DNA of 36,568 nucleotides from Nemertoderma westbladi. Its lineage: Eukaryota > Animalia > Xenacoelomorpha. The notes beneath the pieces are model-generated. The model worked only from the letters and a program-made list of their open reading frames with translations, did no database searches and had not been told where the DNA came from. Shown here piece by piece: positions 33,650 to 36,568 of the stretch (positions within the stretch are counted from its first letter, which is position 1; each line of letters starts with the position of its first letter). The DNA lies in contig JAUCBJ010002363.1 in the NCBI GenBank assembly GCA_032718475.1, positions 1 to 36,568 of the forward strand, in the 5' to 3' direction. The position numbers and the translations under genes are program-made.

Positions 33650-36040
33650 CCAATTGTTATTTGATTTCTATTTATTATTTAAAGTGCATTTAATATCACA
33701 CTGGTTTTTAGAATATTATACTATACAACCTTATGTTTTATTAATTTACCCAATCGAAGCCTCATAAGGGCCGGTTATTTGTACGCATATCCCCTAATGC
33801 GCTCAGTAAGGTTCAAACAACATATTAATATGAAAATAAAGTATCTGCAAAGAAAATAACCCAATACTATATAATTTGACCTTATTAAAAAATTTGCACT
33901 TTTGCACACTTATTTGTACAAATGCACTTTAGCAGATCGTAATGGTGGCTCTTATTTAACAAACTTATGTTTATCCTCTACCGATCTAAGATGGTGTATG
34001 ATCAAGTGTCAGTCGCTAAAAGTGTCAAAAATCCAATTTAATAAATCTGGATTTGCGATTTTGGACCATATTCATGGACATTTTAAGTCACTTTATAGAC
34101 ATTAAAAGTTAAACAAATGTTACGATTATAGTTAGAAATCATTCCAAACTACATTTTAACCCAAATAATAACATTCTACGATGAATAGAACTGGAAATAA
34201 TAGTGTTTGAAATATCGAAAAAATGTTCACTATTTAAGTGCATTTTGCACTAAGTGCACATAAGTCTTTTCCCAAGTCTTTTATCCTATTTCACACACTA
34301 CAATCTATCCTCTATCCAATGAAAAAGATTTCAGATCAAACGGCCCAGTAGAACCGAAGTTATTTATGTTTAAAAATAGTTTATTATGTTTAAAAATAGT
34401 CACTCGAAAATTTCAAATTCACTTGGTCACATAGTCTAGTGGATATCAATCACGTTAATGAAACCTAAGTTCGCGGGTTCGAAATCCAATATTGACCTGA
34501 CCATTCTTAATTTTTTTGCAAAAAAAAATATTTTTATTTTTTCACTAAAATCGCTCTAACTTCGGTTCTGGTGGTCCAAATTCAATAAAATTGGTATATT
34601 CTTTGCCGTAATTTTTTTCTTAATCTTTTGAGAAGGGGTTATTTTTGGCCCCAAAAAAATTAAAAAAAAGGGCCAAAATAACGCGATATTTTTCGACCCT
34701 TAAAATTCGTAATTTTAATTATATATGTTAAGATAAAAGATAGCGGAGTTAATTTGATACTTTTTACAGGTACTTTTGGCGCAATACGCTAAATTATAAT
34801 GGAATAGCGATTTGTTAAAAAAAAAAATTTTTCGTCCCTTTTTATAAATATTATATTTCACACGATCGCCTGCCGGTCCAGTTTTATAGTACCTCCGGCG
34901 CTGTGATTAACGCTGTTAGATAGATAATTTAACGCACTATACGTCTGTGTAAACAAATCTCCCGTAAGTTAAGTAGTTTTCGAGCTAGACGATTTCCCGC
35001 GAAGCAAGTTTGAAGCGCGAAATTATAATTTTGGCCCTCATTTTTTTAATATCATCCTTGGAGCAAAACCGATAGCATATTTGAATTCCCCGTATGGATA
35101 TTGACTGTATAGAATGTACCTTAACCAACTAAAGTTAAAAATAAAAAATTATTCGATAAAAACTACTTTACAAATTCTGGCCCTTTTTGGCCCCTATTGC
35201 CGACATATTTTTTGTACCCCCATTCGATAGGAACGTAGCCCCAATGGTCTTCTACGAGTTTCATAAAAGAATTAGTGGATTCCTACCCGCGTTGTCGAAT
35301 TAAACATTTCGGAAATAAGTTTTCCAAAAAAGACGGACAAAAACGTACAAATTTACAGCCCCTTTTTCCACCCGAAATTTTAATAAATATCTTACCCCCA
35401 TTCGATACGAAGGTAGTACCACTCTTCCCCTTTCCAACCGCGTTACTTTCGTCCCCGTACGATTAATATTAGCCGAGTTATAGCGGATCCCGCAAAGTCA
35501 TTTTGTCCGTTTTTTCAACTTTGACGGACATTTTCGGAAAAAAGGCGTGGTAATCTTTTTTGAAAAAAAAAACGTATTCACTAAGTAATCCCTTCTATCG
35601 TATCCCGGCGTCGGCTAAGCAATAACCTAGGGTTTTTTCGAGCCATTGTAGAGCGCCTTTCAAAAAAATTTTAAAATTGTCGAAAAAATGACGGTTTTTT
35701 GTCCGCCGTGTCCGTCGAAGGGTTAGATTTAATAATGTTAGAGTTGCTAATATCTTAGAATTCCGAGCCGCTCCCCTGGTGAGAAAATAAAAAAATTTGG
35801 TCAGTTCCTTCATCGAAAAGTTCCCCAGAATCCCAAGTTAACCTATATAGTTAGCGATGGCCTGCGGCTTTAGGAGCGGCCGCGGTATTCACCTCCCTCA
35901 TAGCGGCCGCGGCGGTGTTGCGTCAAATGGAGAAATATTTATCCCACCAAGATCGTACTCCGGAACTCGGCATGACTTCCTGTAAAAATTATTCGTCATT
36001 CTCGTAACTCCAAGTCCCATTCGAGTTGAAACAAATAAAA
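33650..36040. mobile_element. Possible degenerate non-autonomous DNA transposon sequence; boundaries uncertain
   Basis: Non-coding and rich in A/T tracts, with short internal repeats: a 13-bp inverted pair (AGAACCGAAGTTA at 34350, TAACTTCGGTTCT at 34557), CCCCATTCGATA twice and AGCGGCCGCGG twice. No terminal inverted repeats or target duplication identified. Confidence 0.3.
34425..34497 (+). pseudogene. Degenerate tRNA-like sequence (tRNA pseudogene or SINE head)
   Basis: 73 nt bounded by GGTCA and TGACC, with A-box-like TAGTCTAGTGG and B-box-like GGTTCGAAATCC. The D, anticodon and T stems pair poorly. Confidence 0.35.
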
Positions 36041-36072
36041 TTATTTGTCCACAAACTTATAGCTTGATGGAG

Positions 36073-36568
36073 GTCCCCAGACACCATAGTCCCCAGATAC
36101 CATTAGTCCCCAGACGCCATTAGTCCCCAGACACCATAGTCCCCAGATACCATTAGTCTCCAGACACCATAGTCCCCAGACACCATAGTCTTCAGACACC
36201 ATAGTCCCCGGACACCATAGTCCCCAGGCACCATAGTCCCCAGACACCATAGTCCCCAAACACCATAGTCCCCAGACACCATAGTCCCCAGACACCATAG
36301 TCCCCAAACACCATAGTCCCCAGACACCATAGTCCCCAGACGCCATTAGTCACCATAGTCCCCAGACACCATAGTCCCCAGACGCCATTAGTCCCCAGAC
36401 ACCATATTCCCCAGATACCATTAGTCTCCAGACACCATAGTCCCCAAACACCAGAGTCCCCAGATACCATAGTCCCCAGACACCATTCACCCGACACCAT
36501 AGTCTTCAGACACCATAGTCCCCGGACACCATAGTCCCCGGACACCATAGTCCCCAAACACCATAGTC
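36073..36568. repeat. 16-17 bp C-rich minisatellite (GTCCCCAGACACCATA), running off the window
   Basis: Read directly; explains the minus-strand ORFs 36041-36557. Confidence 0.96.

Overview
Eukaryotic, probably invertebrate-animal, genomic DNA. No prokaryotic features are visible. The window holds nine consecutive internal + strand exons of one large gene (6059-7208, 7798-8091, 9593-9758, 9977-10132, 10913-11042, 23389-23515, 29566-29741, 29903-29979, 32421-32526). They splice through GT-AG introns with matching phases into about 794 uninterrupted codons. The peptide is the first extracellular domain (ECD1) of an ABCA-subfamily lipid transporter, enlarged relative to ABCA1; both ends of the gene lie outside the window. 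About 65% of the window is tandem repeat, in 11 arrays. The most unusual signal is that four arrays are amplified copies of this gene's own exon-intron junctions: about 129 copies of an acceptor, and about 26, 144 and 91 copies of three donors. Only the edge copy of each keeps the reading frame. In the largest array the dominant unit differs from the exon only at synonymous codon positions. A fifth array is about 60 copies of the 3' end of an RTE-like LINE, and two further arrays form an inverted, foldback-like pair. Nearly all long ORFs in the supplied track are repeat artefacts. Copy numbers are span divided by unit length, and protein comparisons are from memory, not database searches.
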